A stretch of 59,775 bases of DNA, filler included, from Sphacelaria rigidula (GCA_964200075.2; 10 parts of 10 records of this genome joined end to end with filler, not necessarily neighbours in it), one strand, 5' to 3'. Positions 23,535 through 36,504 are shown, numbered from the whole stretch's first letter. Made by a program: numbers and translations. The notes: a model not told the origin generated them from the sequence alone.

Positions 23535-23750
23535 TTCTTGGTCTCTTGCTCTGGATTCCACAACCAACTGGCTCGAGAAATGTCGAGAAGGGGAATCCCA
23601 CCTAATTTCTCCGGTCGCCGGGTGACGTCGGTGGGCCGTTCATTGTCTGCAAAACGTTCTTGGTCTTTTGTTTTGGGTTCCACAACCGACGAGTTCGTGA
23701 AATGACAAGAAGGGAAATCTCACCTAACCTCTCCGGTTTCCGGGTGACGA
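23535..23750. repeat. Diverged tandem duplication (~120-bp period)
   Basis: GTTCTTGGTCT...CACCTAA..TCTCCGGT..CCGGGTGACG occurs twice. Confidence 0.75.
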
Positions 23751-23852
23751 GCTCTCTTACGTTAATTCTCTATCACAAATGCTTGGATAAAGGTATATCG
23801 CAATATGTTCATACTTCCTCTGTCCCATAAGTCTGTATCGTTATGTTTATAC

Positions 23853-23952
23853 NNNNNNNNNNNNNNNNNNNNNNNNNNNNNNNNNNNNNNNNNNNNTTAA
23901 TTAATTAANNNNNNNNNNNNNNNNNNNNNNNNNNNNNNNNNNNNNNNNNNNN
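23853..23952. other. Artificial contig linker
   Basis: N44-TTAATTAATTAA-N44. Confidence 0.99.
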
Positions 23953-24016
23953 CGGGAATCGAACCCCCGTTCTCTCCACCCTAACGGCGACAGTCGGACC
24001 ATTACACCACCGGGGC
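23953..24016 (-). mobile_element. tRNA-like head (second SINE family or tRNA pseudogene), truncated by contig edge
   Basis: Minus strand GCCCCGGTGGTGTAATGG (A box) ... GGTTCGATTCCCG (B box). No convincing D/anticodon arm. Confidence 0.6.
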
Positions 24017-25656
24017 GCAGCGAGGATATGATGGGCATAATCCAGCATACTTGCCACGTGCCGAGCGTAAATCGAGCTTTTACATTGATGAGAATGCGGC
24101 GTAAATTGAGCATTATTTCCACTTTACGAGCAATGCTTTTGGTGAGGGTACTAGCATAGAAAACGGCTTTGCAAGCATAATCGAAGCCTAGTCTTGTATA
24201 GTTTTCTTTTTCTTTTTTCATCGAGTCTCGCAATTCAACTGACCCCCCAAGGATTCAGCCGTGGTCATATGATCGACGTACCCCAGACAAAACAAAACGA
24301 AACATTCGCGGAAGAAGAAGGAACAGGGAAAGTAGAACATAACAACATAGTATCGTAAGACGTGAAAAAAAAAAAGAATGAACGAAGTGTAAAGAAGAAC
24401 AAAAAAGAAAGAAATGGCCGGTCTCCGTCACATGGTCTAGGCGTACAAAGTCTTGCGCCGAACCAGGCTCATACCCAGGCATGAAAAGCAAGGACCGTGG
24501 AAAGGAAAACATTGCGGCTCGTCTACTACAGACGCTCTTGTTAGGGTATGGACCCTCTTATCCGCAAAGAAACAGAAATAAACACAAAGGAGGGAGGTAC
24601 CACATTGCTCTGCCATACACTGGCAAAAAAAACACACATATGGTGTACATGTCATTTTTTTACGAGAACGCCCTTACCCCTCTAAAACAACAAAATGAAG
24701 GCCCACTTTCTAATCATTTCCAGCATGCCTTTTGCGACTCTCCATGCTAAGTTTCAAATCACAATTCTCAAAATTGATAAAAGAATTGCTGAAAAACTGA
24801 GATGAGGGCCAAGATCAATGTACATTTCCCCTAGAAACGCCCTTATCAAGAAAAAACATTGACGAAAACATTTCAAGAAGCTCAAGTTTTTTTTCTCGTT
24901 GTGCCCTAGCGATTCTCCATACCAAATTTCAAAGCACAACTCTCAACAACTGAGACCCGAAATCGAGATCTAGTGCATCTAGCGCCTCTGCTCGTAATGT
25001 ATTGATTTTGTTGTGGATTATTATGTACGCTACACCCCTAGATAGAGAACGAATTGGGCAAAAACGAGGGTGTCGATCATGTCGATCGTTTCCTCGTGCT
25101 CCACACCAAAAACGGTATATATCGTTCGGGGTTCCATAAAGACTTTAGTTTGGACCCAATCTCCGTATAGTATTTACTCGATATGGCGTTTAGTCAAGAG
25201 GGAAAAATCGGCCCAGAGTTTTGAGCAGATGGACATGTTCACTTTGACTAGACGATTGATACGATATGCGGATTACGGCCCAATTGGTCTGTGTCGATGA
25301 AATACTTATTCGAGAGCTTTGATCCGTTTCTATGCTGGACCAGCTCGTACCTGTACATAGCTCCGGGACTGACCGCCCCCGACAGACGGTGTTCCCCGTA
25401 TCCTTGGGGGTGATGCCTCACGTTTTGGGCCAGTGAAAACTTACGGCGACCCCCCTGATGATGATGACGGCCCCAATGAAAGTCTGAACTATGCCAAACT
25501 CTGACAGACGACAGATAGCCACCCTCTGGGACGAAGTCAAAGCACCTCCTCCAAAATATGCTCGCTCAGTCCCCGGGAGGTGTCACCTACCGTGTTGGTC
25601 TGTTATGCACGAATGGCGATTGGCCTCAACACAGGAAAAATACCACGACAACTATC

Positions 25657-27238
25657 CACGCGTCGGACAGCTTATGAGCCAGCTCATCTGCAAGCTGTAG
25701 CTCTCTTGTAGTCGAAACATGTACATGCGAGCTACGTCCGATAGCTCACCCAAGGTAAATGTGCGCTGATGAGCTACGGGTTGGTAGCTCACCTAGGACA
25801 AACATGCGTAGCTCATGTAGCTCTCATAGCTCACCCACGGCAAATATGAGCTGATGAGCCACGGGCTGGTCGCTCACCATGCGTAGCTCATTTAGCTCTC
25901 ATAGCTCGCCCAGGGCGAATCTAAGCTGATGAGCTACGGGTTCGTAGCTCATCTAGGGCAACATGCGTAGCTCATGTAGCTCTCATAGCTCACCCAGGAA
26001 GAACATGTATAGCTCACGTAGCTCTTATAGCTCATCCAGGTAATACATATACGGATGAGCTACGCCTGGTAGCTCACCCCGGGAACATATGCTCATAGCT
26101 CACTCACGTCATGTGCCCAGCTCGCCGCTGGCGAACCCGCCAATGTCGTTCATGATGTAACATGCTTGTTCGAATGGACGACGTAAGATATCATCAGGTT
26201 GTGGTTTTCTGCCTCGTTTTGCGCGGTGGGAAGCAAAGAGCTCCACAGGAATCCTCGTTAGCGTGGTCGAATTGTTCAGAACACGATTGAGATTCGGTGT
26301 CTTAAATAACCGACCAATTCATTACTTTTGATCGCTTGGCCGCGAGGGTACAAGTCCATCTGGTCATGCGTACTTCTCTCAGTTGAAATTGAAGCCGATT
26401 AAGCAGATGACCTATGCTCGCCGTCAAAATGGTCAACCATGTAACCGCGAGGGTAAGTGATCTGTAAAAACAGCATAATGAATGCTTTTTGGGTGTGAAT
26501 TATACCGATTCAACTGATCGCCTGCCCTCGCGGTCAAACGGTTGAGCAATCAAATATTGCATGCGTGTTCACTTTTGACGCCACATCGATCGCCTGTTGT
26601 GGAGGATCCGAATTCATGCGGCATCATCTCCGGCTGAAGCCCCGCTAGAGCTGATGCCCCCGGCGGTCGCCATGTAGGGCGGGTTGTGCGTGGGTGTGGT
26701 GGCTATGGTGGGGACGACTTCTGATCCGATCATTCTTGATGTTCACAATCAGGGCGAACATGCGTCGCTGATGTAGCTCTCACAGCTTACCCAGGGCAAA
26801 CATGCGCGGATGAGCTACGTCCGGTACCTCACACAGATCAACCAGGCGTAGCTTATGCAGCTCTCATAGCTTACCCACGATGAGTATGAGCTGTTGAGCT
26901 ACGGGTTGGTGGCTCACCTAGGGCAAAAATGCCTAGCTCATGCGGCTCTCATAGCTCACCCACGGCGAATATGAGCTGATGAGCTACGGGTTGGTAGCTC
27001 ACATATGGAAAACACGCATAGCTCATGAAGCTCTTATCTAATAGCTCACCCAAGGCGAATATGAGCTGATAAGCTACGGGTTGGTAGCTCATCTACGGCA
27101 AACATGCGTAGCTCATTTAGGTGTTGAAGCTCACCCAGGGAGAACATGCGCAGCTCACGCAGCTCTCATAGCTTACTAGGAAGCTACGCTGAAAAAGAGC
27201 TAGCTCGAGCTATAGGGAGCTGATCTGTCCGACATGTG
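25657..27238. mobile_element. Non-autonomous DNA transposon with CAC...GTG TIRs, 8-bp TSD and ~85-bp minisatellite arrays
   Basis: CACGCGTCGGACAG / CTGTCCGACATGTG termini. Flanks CAACTATC / GAACTATC (7 of 8 match). Arrays at ~25700-26100 and ~26760-27215. Confidence 0.8.
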
Positions 27239-28101
27239 GAACTATCTTACTCTGTTAGAACACGCTCATCTACCCGCAAGCGAGGGAGGTGCATTTGCTA
27301 CAACCCCTTCCGCAGCACCTCGTTGACTCTTGAAGCATCACCCGCCATGCTCGTATTTTGCGGATGGACCACGACAACCCTGATCACGTCCAAGATATCA
27401 CTCACCACAACATCTGCACCTGCCGTACATGCCCCCCCTCATGGGATCAGGGGTCGGAATGCGAGTAATGAAATGAACCAGGACTCGAATTACAGGGTCG
27501 TGGGAGGGGGTGCGGGGGGAGGTTGGTGAAATCGTGGTGAAAAACACGTCTGGAGCAAACATGTATACGTCAAACTAACTTCACTTTCACAAAGACATTT
27601 GTTATGCAAAGAACGAGATCACTATGGCGAGGGAAAACATGTCAAGACCAACGAATGCATTACTCTGTAGTATTGAGTACATAAGCACTGAACCTGAAGC
27701 GTCCTTCTCCATCTCCCGTGTGGAGTGCGTATCCGGCAGATGATCAAGCAGCGGCCTCTGCCAGTGATGGCAGCTGCAAGAACTTGTACCCGAAGAATTA
27801 GAGCAAACTTGTATTTTGGCGCAGATTGGCCCAGTAGTTGCAATACCAAGCGTGTTATAGTGTCTCTTGAACTCGAGCAGTGGTGGCCGCAAGGTACTGC
27901 ATGTTGCGTAGTCCGCTGTTTCAACCCAAATCTTCTCATGTTTTACTCTACTACTACCTCTGCAAGTGAAATGAAGAAATGAAGTTGATGTAATAATGAA
28001 AATGGTGATTATGGCAGTACCAACCCAAGACAGCAAGCATTGAAAAAACGCTTTGCAATCTTCCTCCCCTACTCCAATCCGTCAAATTCCGACGCTTACA
28101 G

Positions 28102-28783
28102 CTACTGAAGCGCGAAACTTCGTGGAGAGAGTGAGGCTCATGAACAAAACGGACTGGCAACAAGCCGTGCAAGAGCTCGATGTTGCGCTAGCGGCTGCGG
28201 CCGCGAGCGGTACAGTCTCGGAGTATGTGGCACGACGCATGTACAGCGAAGTCATCCACATCACGCGTATGGCTTCCCGCTGGCGGGAAGCGCTGGACGT
28301 GCTGGCCAGGATGAAAAAAGACGGGGTGGAGCCGGACCATTACTGCGTGACGGCGGTCAGCCAGGCTTGCGCTCGGGCGGGTCGATGGTCGGAGGCCTTC
28401 GAGCTCTTGCAGACAATGATGCGGGACATGAGACCCGTACCGCTCCATGCGTACCAGCTGGCATCCAAGGTTTGCACCGACGCCGGTAAGTGGCAAGAAT
28501 CGCTGGATGTATTGGACGGGATGCGCGAGGCAGGGCTGCCGATTTCTCAGATGACTTACAGCGCCACCATCCGGTGTTGTGGGAAGGCGCTGCAGATTGC
28601 AGAGGTAAACCGGCTGTACGACGAGCTGCGCGAGCTGGAGGAACCTGTCGAGCAGATTGCGTACACCACGGTCATGGCTGCGTACGCACAAGCTGGGCGT
28701 TGGCGACGGGCGCTTGAGGTTATGGCTGAAATGAAGCGGCAGGGGATAACGTACGACGTCGTCACGTACACGTCGGCCATCAG
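28102..28783 (+). CDS. P-class pentatricopeptide repeat (PPR) protein, internal exon
   Basis: Five complete 35-aa repeats (e.g. AYTTVMAAYAQAGRWRRALEVMAEMKRQGITYDVV) plus the start of a sixth. TTACAG acceptor and AG|GTACCT donor. Confidence 0.92.
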
Positions 28784-29253
28784 GTACCTGCGATATCCAG
28801 ACATTTTCTCGGCCTTTTCTCCTTTTTTTCCTTCAGTTTTTGTACCGCGACGACCTTACTTGAGAGCACAGTCACAAACGTCTAAAACAGAGAAAAAAAA
28901 AAGTTCGAGATACTGTAGCTGGAAATGTTCATGCTATTGTGGGTAGTTAGTTAGATCCAGGCCTGACATACGGTGCGGACGTGGTTCGAGCAAAGCGTGA
29001 GAAAAAAAGACCACAATACCTATATTGCTTTTGTTTGTTCATACTGTTCGTCCCCCCGTCCCCGGCCGTGGCGGAAATGTCTCGTTCAACAAGCCTCGAA
29101 AACAGTTTTATCCACGTTAGAACGGCAACTTTGGTGTTAATGCGCTCGCTGCAGATGGCACATAGTGCGCCCCAAGTTGTAGCAATCCCTTCCTACACCT
29201 AAGACGCCGTGATCTGCCGCGGTGCTTTCTCTAGGCGCTTTGAGCAAATATTG

Positions 29254-29514
29254 CACACGTCGGGCAGCGCACGAGGTACCTGAATATCACTTTTTTCATG
29301 TACTGATCCGGATCGTGAGCTGCTGTTTTGGGACCTTTTTCTGTATTCGCTCCCTATAGCGCTGGACGCCGAGCACACGGAGTAGCGCAAAGATAGCGCT
29401 TTGGCTTCTCGCACCCCCCCTGCCACGTACCACGTATCTAGTGTCATGGTCAACTGATCTAACCATCCTCCATGATGAGTAATTTCAAGTAGCTCATGAG
29501 CTATCCGATGTGTG
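29254..29514. mobile_element. Short MITE of the CAC...GTG family with 8-bp TSD
   Basis: CACACGTCGG ... CCGATGTGTG. Flanks AAATATTG / AAATGTTG. Homolog at ~31455-31718. Confidence 0.8.
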
Positions 29515-29787
29515 AAATGTTGAGAAGAAATCCATTTTATCAAGGGGGCTGGCTTGTAGCGACATTCAACCCGAGCAACACCATCAAAACATTCAAATCG
29601 GTTAAACGGGGGGGAGGGGGGGCGCTATGCGTCTTACTGGGTTATTTTCCACCGTATCGCAGTTGTATTTGCTGCTCATCCATATATGTACAAGTACCAT
29701 TTTACATTTTTTACCACTTTCGCCGAGTTTTTCTGGCGACAAGGCATTTTCGCCCGCGCTTTTTTTTTGCAGCGCACTGAGAAGCCG

Positions 29788-29840
29788 GTCGCCCCGGTGG
29801 CTCAGTTAGTAACCTCGTAACCTTCTGATGGTTGAGTTGG
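29788..29840 (+). mobile_element. tRNA-derived SINE head, cut by contig end
   Basis: GTCGCCCCGGTGGCTCAGTTAGTAACCTCGTAACCTTCTGATGGTTGAG matches the head of 16104 and 21817. Confidence 0.85.
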
Positions 29841-29940
29841 NNNNNNNNNNNNNNNNNNNNNNNNNNNNNNNNNNNNNNNNNNNNTTAATTAATTAANNNN
29901 NNNNNNNNNNNNNNNNNNNNNNNNNNNNNNNNNNNNNNNN
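29841..29940. other. Artificial contig linker
   Basis: N44-TTAATTAATTAA-N44. Confidence 0.99.
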
Positions 29941-30934
29941 CTCACACTGCAATGCTCGCGTTGGTGTTTTTGGGGCGATACGGATTTGATGAAAATAGAT
30001 TGGATGAAATTTTCGGTCTTCGTCATAACCCTGAGGTTGCCTACGCGGATTTTCAGCAACACGCCACTGTTTCGTGCATACGCCAGACACGTCATTCCTG
30101 ACCAGCCTCATCGGTCGTTTTGGAGGCCCGGTCCCAAAAGGGTCATGTTGGGGTTTTGAAAACTGACTTCTCTGAGAAAAGTCACCAAGGAAATTTGTCC
30201 GCCCGCACTTTTTTCAGTGACTCTTTCCAGTATATAAGAAGCGGCCTCACACTCGTATCGTGGATACATGCCGTGACAGCTTTACTCAATGTGGTGTTGT
30301 CGGAAAATAAATCGGAACGCTGTTGCTCAGTCCCCCGCAGATTGTGTTAGGAAACGTTAGTGTGACGGGAGTCTGAAAATGTTCCAGACCGCAGATTTTA
30401 GCGCTAACTCGTGCGGTATGTTGGCTTGCAGTGTACGTGCGCAGTCTATCAGGGCACCCACCAAGTGTAACCGATTATAGGAAATGTCAATGGATCTCAT
30501 GGGTAAAGGGCAGAGTCTACTCGACCACCTTGGAACATGTTGAGGTGATGTGGAACAGCAAGAAGCGGAATTTGTCGCCGCTTTGATACTCAGCACTTGC
30601 CAGTGCGAACCAGCATGGTATTGCCCGAGACTTTCGCTTTCAAGTTACTGGGGCAGCCCCTATAAATTTCAGGCTATCATCAGCGTTCTGTTGCAAAAGG
30701 TCTGACAGAAGTACGCCCGTTCGTGAATTAGACGATTCCGTGTGTGTGTGTTTTCTGGCAGAATTTCAACCCCGCCCCTTGGTCGAGACGGTCCGTTGTC
30801 TCTGGGAATCAACCCACTTCTCCCCCGGTACATGCCTCACATTTTTTTTCACGGCGGACTAGATCAGTATTTCCGCAGCGCGTCGACTCTCGTCAAATGA
30901 GGCGGCCCAAAGTTGTGCGCGCAGATTTTTGGTC

Positions 30935-31230
30935 GATTGTTTCGAACAAACTAGCAATAACGCGAATGCTAACCCTAACCCTCACCCTCACCCTCAAACC
31001 CCGACCCAACGCGTACGAGACCCTCGGGCAAGGGGGTTGCATGAGTTCCCCCAGGCAAATTGTGCGTTGACAGGCCTCACATCGACGCCGCAGGCACTGA
31101 TTTCGACAAAAACACGTCCTGGACGAGCCGGGTCCATTGCTCACCAGCCCCAAACCATGAATTTTCTCAAAACTTTCTTGAGTCTAAAATCATGCAGTCA
31201 TGCATGTCAACCATAGATATACGCCCGAAG
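30935..31230. mobile_element. Copy of the TTAGGG-bearing MITE (one TIR retained)
   Basis: Reverse complement of ~13550-13800, including CTAACCCTAACCCTCACCCTCACCC and AACCATAGATATACG. Confidence 0.75.
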
Positions 31231-32250
31231 CGTTTTACAGGTCTACTACTGCGTCGAATACACTCTTTTTTCGCCTCGTACTCACTTCCTCACGTTTTTT
31301 ACGGCGGAAATTAGACATTTTTTCAGGGGAGGGTAACCAGAGGTACTTACCGCTAGGAAACGACCCCGAATCTTCCCACCTCACGGCTCCAGCTGCACGA
31401 CTACACACCACCGGGCGATCTGAAGTTGGATAGAAATTTACGTCGAACATTTTTCACACGTCGGACAGGTCATGAGCTACCCAAATATTACTTGTTATGA
31501 GTGTACTGATCCGGATCATGAGCTACTCGTAGCTCATTCGGCGCCTTTTTTAGTATTTACGCCCTACAGCGCTTGGCGACGAGTACGCGGAGGAGCACAA
31601 AGGTAGCGCTGTGGCTTCTCGGACCCCGCTCTCCCGTATTTTGTGTTCTTGGACGAGGAATCTGGGAGTCTTTTTCGAAATGTTATTTTAGGTCGCTCAT
31701 GAGCTGCCCGACCGCGCGGAATACGTCCTCGAAGGTCGTACTTGACTTGGCTTTGGTAATGTAAAAAAAAAAAAAAAACGACTTGACCCTTTCGGGACCA
31801 GACCCCCAGGAACATGTGGTTTGCACGCAGGGGCGTGTGCGTGACTCGACATCATTTTTACTTGGAAACGATTGAAAATGATGCCGATTCACAAAAAAGA
31901 CCCTCACGTGCAAACCACATGTAACGACGTTTTCGTGAAATTGAGAGTTGAAGGTACGATTGAGAGTGAAAAGCGGTCAATTAGTGAATCAGCCGTTTCA
32001 GTTCCGAAATGCACCTCCACCAGGCCCAATATTCTCTCTGTAGTAGCTTGCCACTGAGGCCCTCGATGCCCCTGAGGAGGATATCAAGGTGTAGCTGTAA
32101 GCACAGGGCAGTGATAAGACGACGAAAAGGACACACGGAATGAAAAATTGGCCAAGTTAAAGCGAATGATCAAAGCCACGCTCAATCCGCACCCAACTCT
32201 CAATCTCACGAGAACCTTGTTGTGTTCCAGGGAATCCGGCCCCAAAAAGG

Positions 32251-32475
32251 TTAACGGTCGACGAGGGAAATGGAGTGCTGAACCCCTCTCGCGATGAAAA
32301 ATTAAGGCAAGCGCCTCACAAGGAAGGTGGAGAATAAATATATATATATAGGAAAAACTCCTGTAATGGCCTTCCTCCTGTTTGACCCTAGGCTGGTGCG
32401 CCCATATACACCGAAAGGTGTAGACCGGCGTCCACAATAGATGGGATGACAACACACACACACACACACACACAC
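32251..32475 (+). mobile_element. 5'-truncated SINE copy with (CA)n tail
   Basis: TTAACGGTCGACGAGG...GGTGTAGACCGGCGTCC...(CA)n matches the SINE body. A more decayed copy lies at ~41120-41300. Confidence 0.8.
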
Positions 32476-32924
32476 TGTGTGTCGCAGCATCTGTGCTTTC
32501 TGTACACCGCTGTGCTGAAATTAATCATTTACTTCCATGAAATGTCTCGCACTATGCTCTCACTTCGAATCACCCGGAGAGTGCGCGCGGTTGAAGGGTC
32601 GTCAGTGGTCTCGTTGCACAGGAGATGTGCATCAATGTTTTCTGTGCGCTGTAGTCGGTGATGCACGGTAGGACGCGGGGCTTATGTATTTTCCTAAGCG
32701 GTACGATTGCAGCAACGACGAATCCTTCGCCCACTGTGCTGCTTTTCTATCCCTCGAGAAACTCACGTTCGTGTTGCCTTTTCCTCCTCTTCATGGCTAG
32801 ATTTTGCCCCGAGTGTCAAAAGTCGTTCCCCCCAAGAAATGGAAAGGGTGTGTTTTCGTCCGTGTGTATATGCCGCACGCAACTCGTACAGTGGTACAAC
32901 ACACTTTGTTGATTTTTTTTTCCA

Positions 32925-33175
32925 ATAGTCGGACAAATAATGATTCGTCTGCAAATTCCTTGCTTTTAGTTCAACTGATTCGACTCGTACGAATCAATCC
33001 CTAGGCTTTGTTTTCAGCGTTACAACCCAGGTACACGCAGCCCAAACATGTGGAATGGCGCAAAAGTTGCCTGGATACCCCTTGGACCAGCGATCAACTT
33101 TTTTCTCTCTTTCGAGCAATCAGGCCGAAAAAATCGTGGATTTGGTGACTCGTAGTCGTGATGATTCGTCCTAAC
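32925..33175. mobile_element. ~250-bp MITE family (GACGAATCA-type ends)
   Basis: Homologous to ~38933-39178 and ~37660-37860 (inverted) and to 41747-41814. Confidence 0.7.
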
Positions 33176-33519
33176 CGTGTTTTTTTCCATGCTTGGCATA
33201 GTTTCTTGTCTTGCGTAGTTTCTTGTCTTGCGTGTTTATGTTAGTTTCCAACTAACTCCCTCACCGAACGAACATCGCATCCTTGTTAACACACAGGATT
33301 TGAAGTTTTAGCTGATCTCAAGAACGTACTTTTATTAAGCGTTCCACCAACCCACCGAACAGTTCACCCGGTAACTAATTTCACGTATAAAAAATATCAC
33401 ACAGGACACACACACACGCATCAGTGCGCACCGCCCATCGGCTAAGCAAGGAAGGGCCATCACATCCACTACCACTACCACATCCTCGTCAACGTATCAT
33501 CGTGTAATAAGGACAAGGA

Positions 33520-33901
33520 ATGTACGCCGTGAAGACCGGCGGGGTCGCAGCGGCAGGCGCAAGAGCGTCCTCCGCCGCGACACGCCGCAGCCACTCACGG
33601 AGACTGCAATGCATGGCGAGAGCGACACGCGCTGCCAAACAGCAGCAGCAGCAGCAGCAGCAGCAAGCGGGAGTTAGGAGGGCAACTACGACTAGCCACG
33701 GCGGGTTGCCGGCGATGCCGGCGGCGGCGCTGCGAAGAGAGTTGCGAGGAGTGCGACGTCCTTTGGTCGCAACGCCTCGTTCGTTCACCCGTTACGGGCT
33801 CCGTCAGGATGATGGTGTTGTCAGTGTTAGTCGTAGAGGGTTGGCGTTTTCGCCGTTTCCGACAGGGGTTGCGACAGAGCGAGTTGGGGCCGTGGCCATG
33901 G
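33520..33901 (+). CDS. First coding exon of an unknown gene with a mitochondrial-presequence-like N-terminus and poly-Q
   Basis: ATG start, Arg/Ala/Ser/Thr-rich with very few acidic residues, Q9 tract, strong G|GTGAGT donor. GC-rich against an AT-rich following intron. Confidence 0.65.
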
Positions 33902-34788
33902 GTGAGTTTTTTTCCTGTTTTAATTTTTAGTGTTTTTTGTGTCGTGGTCATTGTTACTACTATGATCATAATGTTTCATCAATAAAGGGATTATTATGTT
34001 GACTGTTATTATTATTTTTCTTCATGAGTGAGATTATGATTATCATGTATCATTATTGTTACTATTATTAATATTTTTCATCTTTGCTTCATTATCATCA
34101 TCATCATCATCGTTTTTGTTCTAATCGTTAGTACTCTTATCCTTCATTTTTTTACTATGAGTTCCAACAGTTTGCCATATTTCATTCGTATCTCTTTTTT
34201 GTTTGATGTATAAGTACATGACCGTACTTATTTGTTCATGTTGCCTATATTTATATAAATATATTTCGGGAGAATTCTCGTGCATCTTGTCTGACCGCAA
34301 GGTTTGTGACCGCGAGGAGGAGAAGTAGATTTTTTTTTAGATTCGAGAGTCCAAAAAAAAACGGTAACGGAGTGGCCATCAGTCGTGATGTGTTAGCGGT
34401 TAGGTTTTTTTCTCGGCGTGGTTTCGGGTGCGTTTGTTCGATTCTTGCAACAAGGACTTGGACGCCATGTCTACCTTTTTTTCCTTCTCTTGTTGACAAA
34501 TGGGCCGGGCGCTTCTTGTGTACTACAAAACAAAACAAGTTGAAAAAAAAGTCTAACGCCTATTTTGGCCATTGTTCGGCGCCGATTTGCCGCCGGAATA
34601 CGGGGCAGACTATGCCACGTCCGTAAGACTCCAGGAGGGTTCTGTAGTATTAGTAGCGAACTTTTTCGACGTCTCGCGGACACAGTTCAGTTTGACTATA
34701 GGCCGGACAATTTGTATCCTCAAACGACCCACAAGAACCCTCGAGTTCTGCTGAACAAACGCATACCGATCTTGGAGGAAGTTTTTCG

Positions 34789-35245
34789 AGGGAGGCGGGG
34801 GGAGGTTTACTCATAAATCTTGCATGTTGTAGTCATTAAGACCGTCGACCTTGTATCCATACAAAGCCGGGACGAAGTACGCCAGGTTTTCGCCGGACCA
34901 GGCTCATAAGTCAATTACCGAGCTCGAAGCGCCGTGATATCTTCGGCCAGTTGCATGAGGAGTGAGCTGCATCCTGCTGAGATTGTTCGGTCCGAAGCGT
35001 ACTCTTCATGTCGCAAATGAATGCCAGCCTCGAATGAGTTGCTTCATTTTTTTGGTATCGCCACTTCCAGAGACAGCCACAGGTTATACAATACCTCAAG
35101 GATGTCTCACCATACAAACGCTACGTGGTACGATTATCCCCTTTGTGGGGAGTTCGGGTTCTCCTACCCCGCACAAGATGATCTAGCTCGGCCACCATCA
35201 TGGTTACCGCAAAAATACGGTCACTTGGCTGCCTCGCAGACACGG
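34789..35245 (-). mobile_element. ~470-bp dispersed element with G-rich/C-rich termini
   Basis: Inverted homolog of ~48941-49413. Fragments at 11977-12078, ~17700-17864, ~17985-18030 and ~24440-24475. Confidence 0.75.
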
Positions 35246-35827
35246 TGAGGGGCGTGTTTCACAGCGTCGATGCCACCCGTTGCCAATCCTTCAAGGGAAA
35301 TGGAGGGCGGGAGGAGGAGGGGGAAAGGGAATTATGGGAGAAATCGTTCGTCCGGCCAAAAATCAAAAGTATTTGGGCGCACGAAATGTTGGAAAGAATG
35401 AGAAATGTTGGAAAAATGCGCATGGATAAGAATCCTCTCGGAGATTAGGTACGATAAGTCTTTCTGACGTGACATAATCCGCTCAGCGCTATCTTCCGGC
35501 GAAAATTGGCGCTCATAATTGTCAAATCAGGCTTATTCGGAAAGAACGTTATTTACGTCTACAGAACAAAAGGCGGACGCGCAAGTGCCCCCCCCCCCCT
35601 CCGTCCCCCACTATTTTTTTGCCTCTCCTCTCGTCGTTCATAAACAGCTCCTGCAATCGTTTAAGGTACATGCATACTGTACCACCAAAAGGTGTGCGGT
35701 TTTTTCGTGTCCTGATTATGTTGTGTGGTGTAGTGACTGTGTGTAGTCCCCCCCCCCCCCCCCCCCGCTCTTTGGCGTTTGTCCGCTTTGTTTCGTCCCG
35801 CCTTCTTCGCTTCGTCTTTCGCCTCTC

Positions 35828-35927
35828 NNNNNNNNNNNNNNNNNNNNNNNNNNNNNNNNNNNNNNNNNNNNTTAATTAATTAANNNNNNNNNNNNNNNNN
35901 NNNNNNNNNNNNNNNNNNNNNNNNNNN
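35828..35927. other. Artificial contig linker
   Basis: N44-TTAATTAATTAA-N44. Confidence 0.99.
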
Positions 35928-36504
35928 ACCATATGCGGCGGAATCAACAAAAAAACCCGCCTAAAATTGGTTTTGCGGTTACAGTCGGTTGTGCCGCGTG
36001 TTACTGCACAAGTTGCGATTGTACAACAACACATGTCGCACTAGCCGCGCAGTATCCAATATGGCACGCAAACGAGGCCCCCAGCTACTCCGTGCCTTAC
36101 GGTACGGTCTCGTACGGCATATATCTTCGATGCTTGCAAGCGTGCCCTTTGTGAGCTGGTCTCTCATCAGCAAACAGAGTGCACTTGCGTTTTTTTCAAA
36201 TCCTTGGGTAACGACTATGCACGGTACAGCACAGTACAAGCGCAGCACCGCGCAATACGGCGCAGTGTCCTGTATTATTCTATTCTGTGCTGTACTGCAA
36301 TATACTGTTCCTCACTGCACTGTCCCGTGCAAGTCTTGGTTGCTTGCACAAGTATGCGTTATGTCAGTTCAGCAACGTGTACCGTAGCTGACGGAATATA
36401 ACACCCCCTATCCAAACTGCTTGATTTGCTCGACTTGCAAACACTTCCCCTTTGTTAAAATCAGGAGGGGTACGACAGCAACAGGGTTTTCGGATATACC
36501 CCAA

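Noticed and set aside
25700..27215. Regularly spaced palindromic repeats resembling a CRISPR array
   Set aside because: The intervening sequences are themselves repeats rather than unique spacers. The units are degenerate, sit inside TIRs in eukaryotic DNA, and there are no cas genes.
27740..27893. Possible upstream PPR exon with a phase-compatible donor
   Set aside because: No recognisable homology or targeting signal; too weak to call.
35083..35244. Apparent exon (CAG...GTGAGG) downstream of the 33520 first exon
   Set aside because: Its phase is incompatible and the sequence is the reverse complement of the dispersed ~470-bp repeat.
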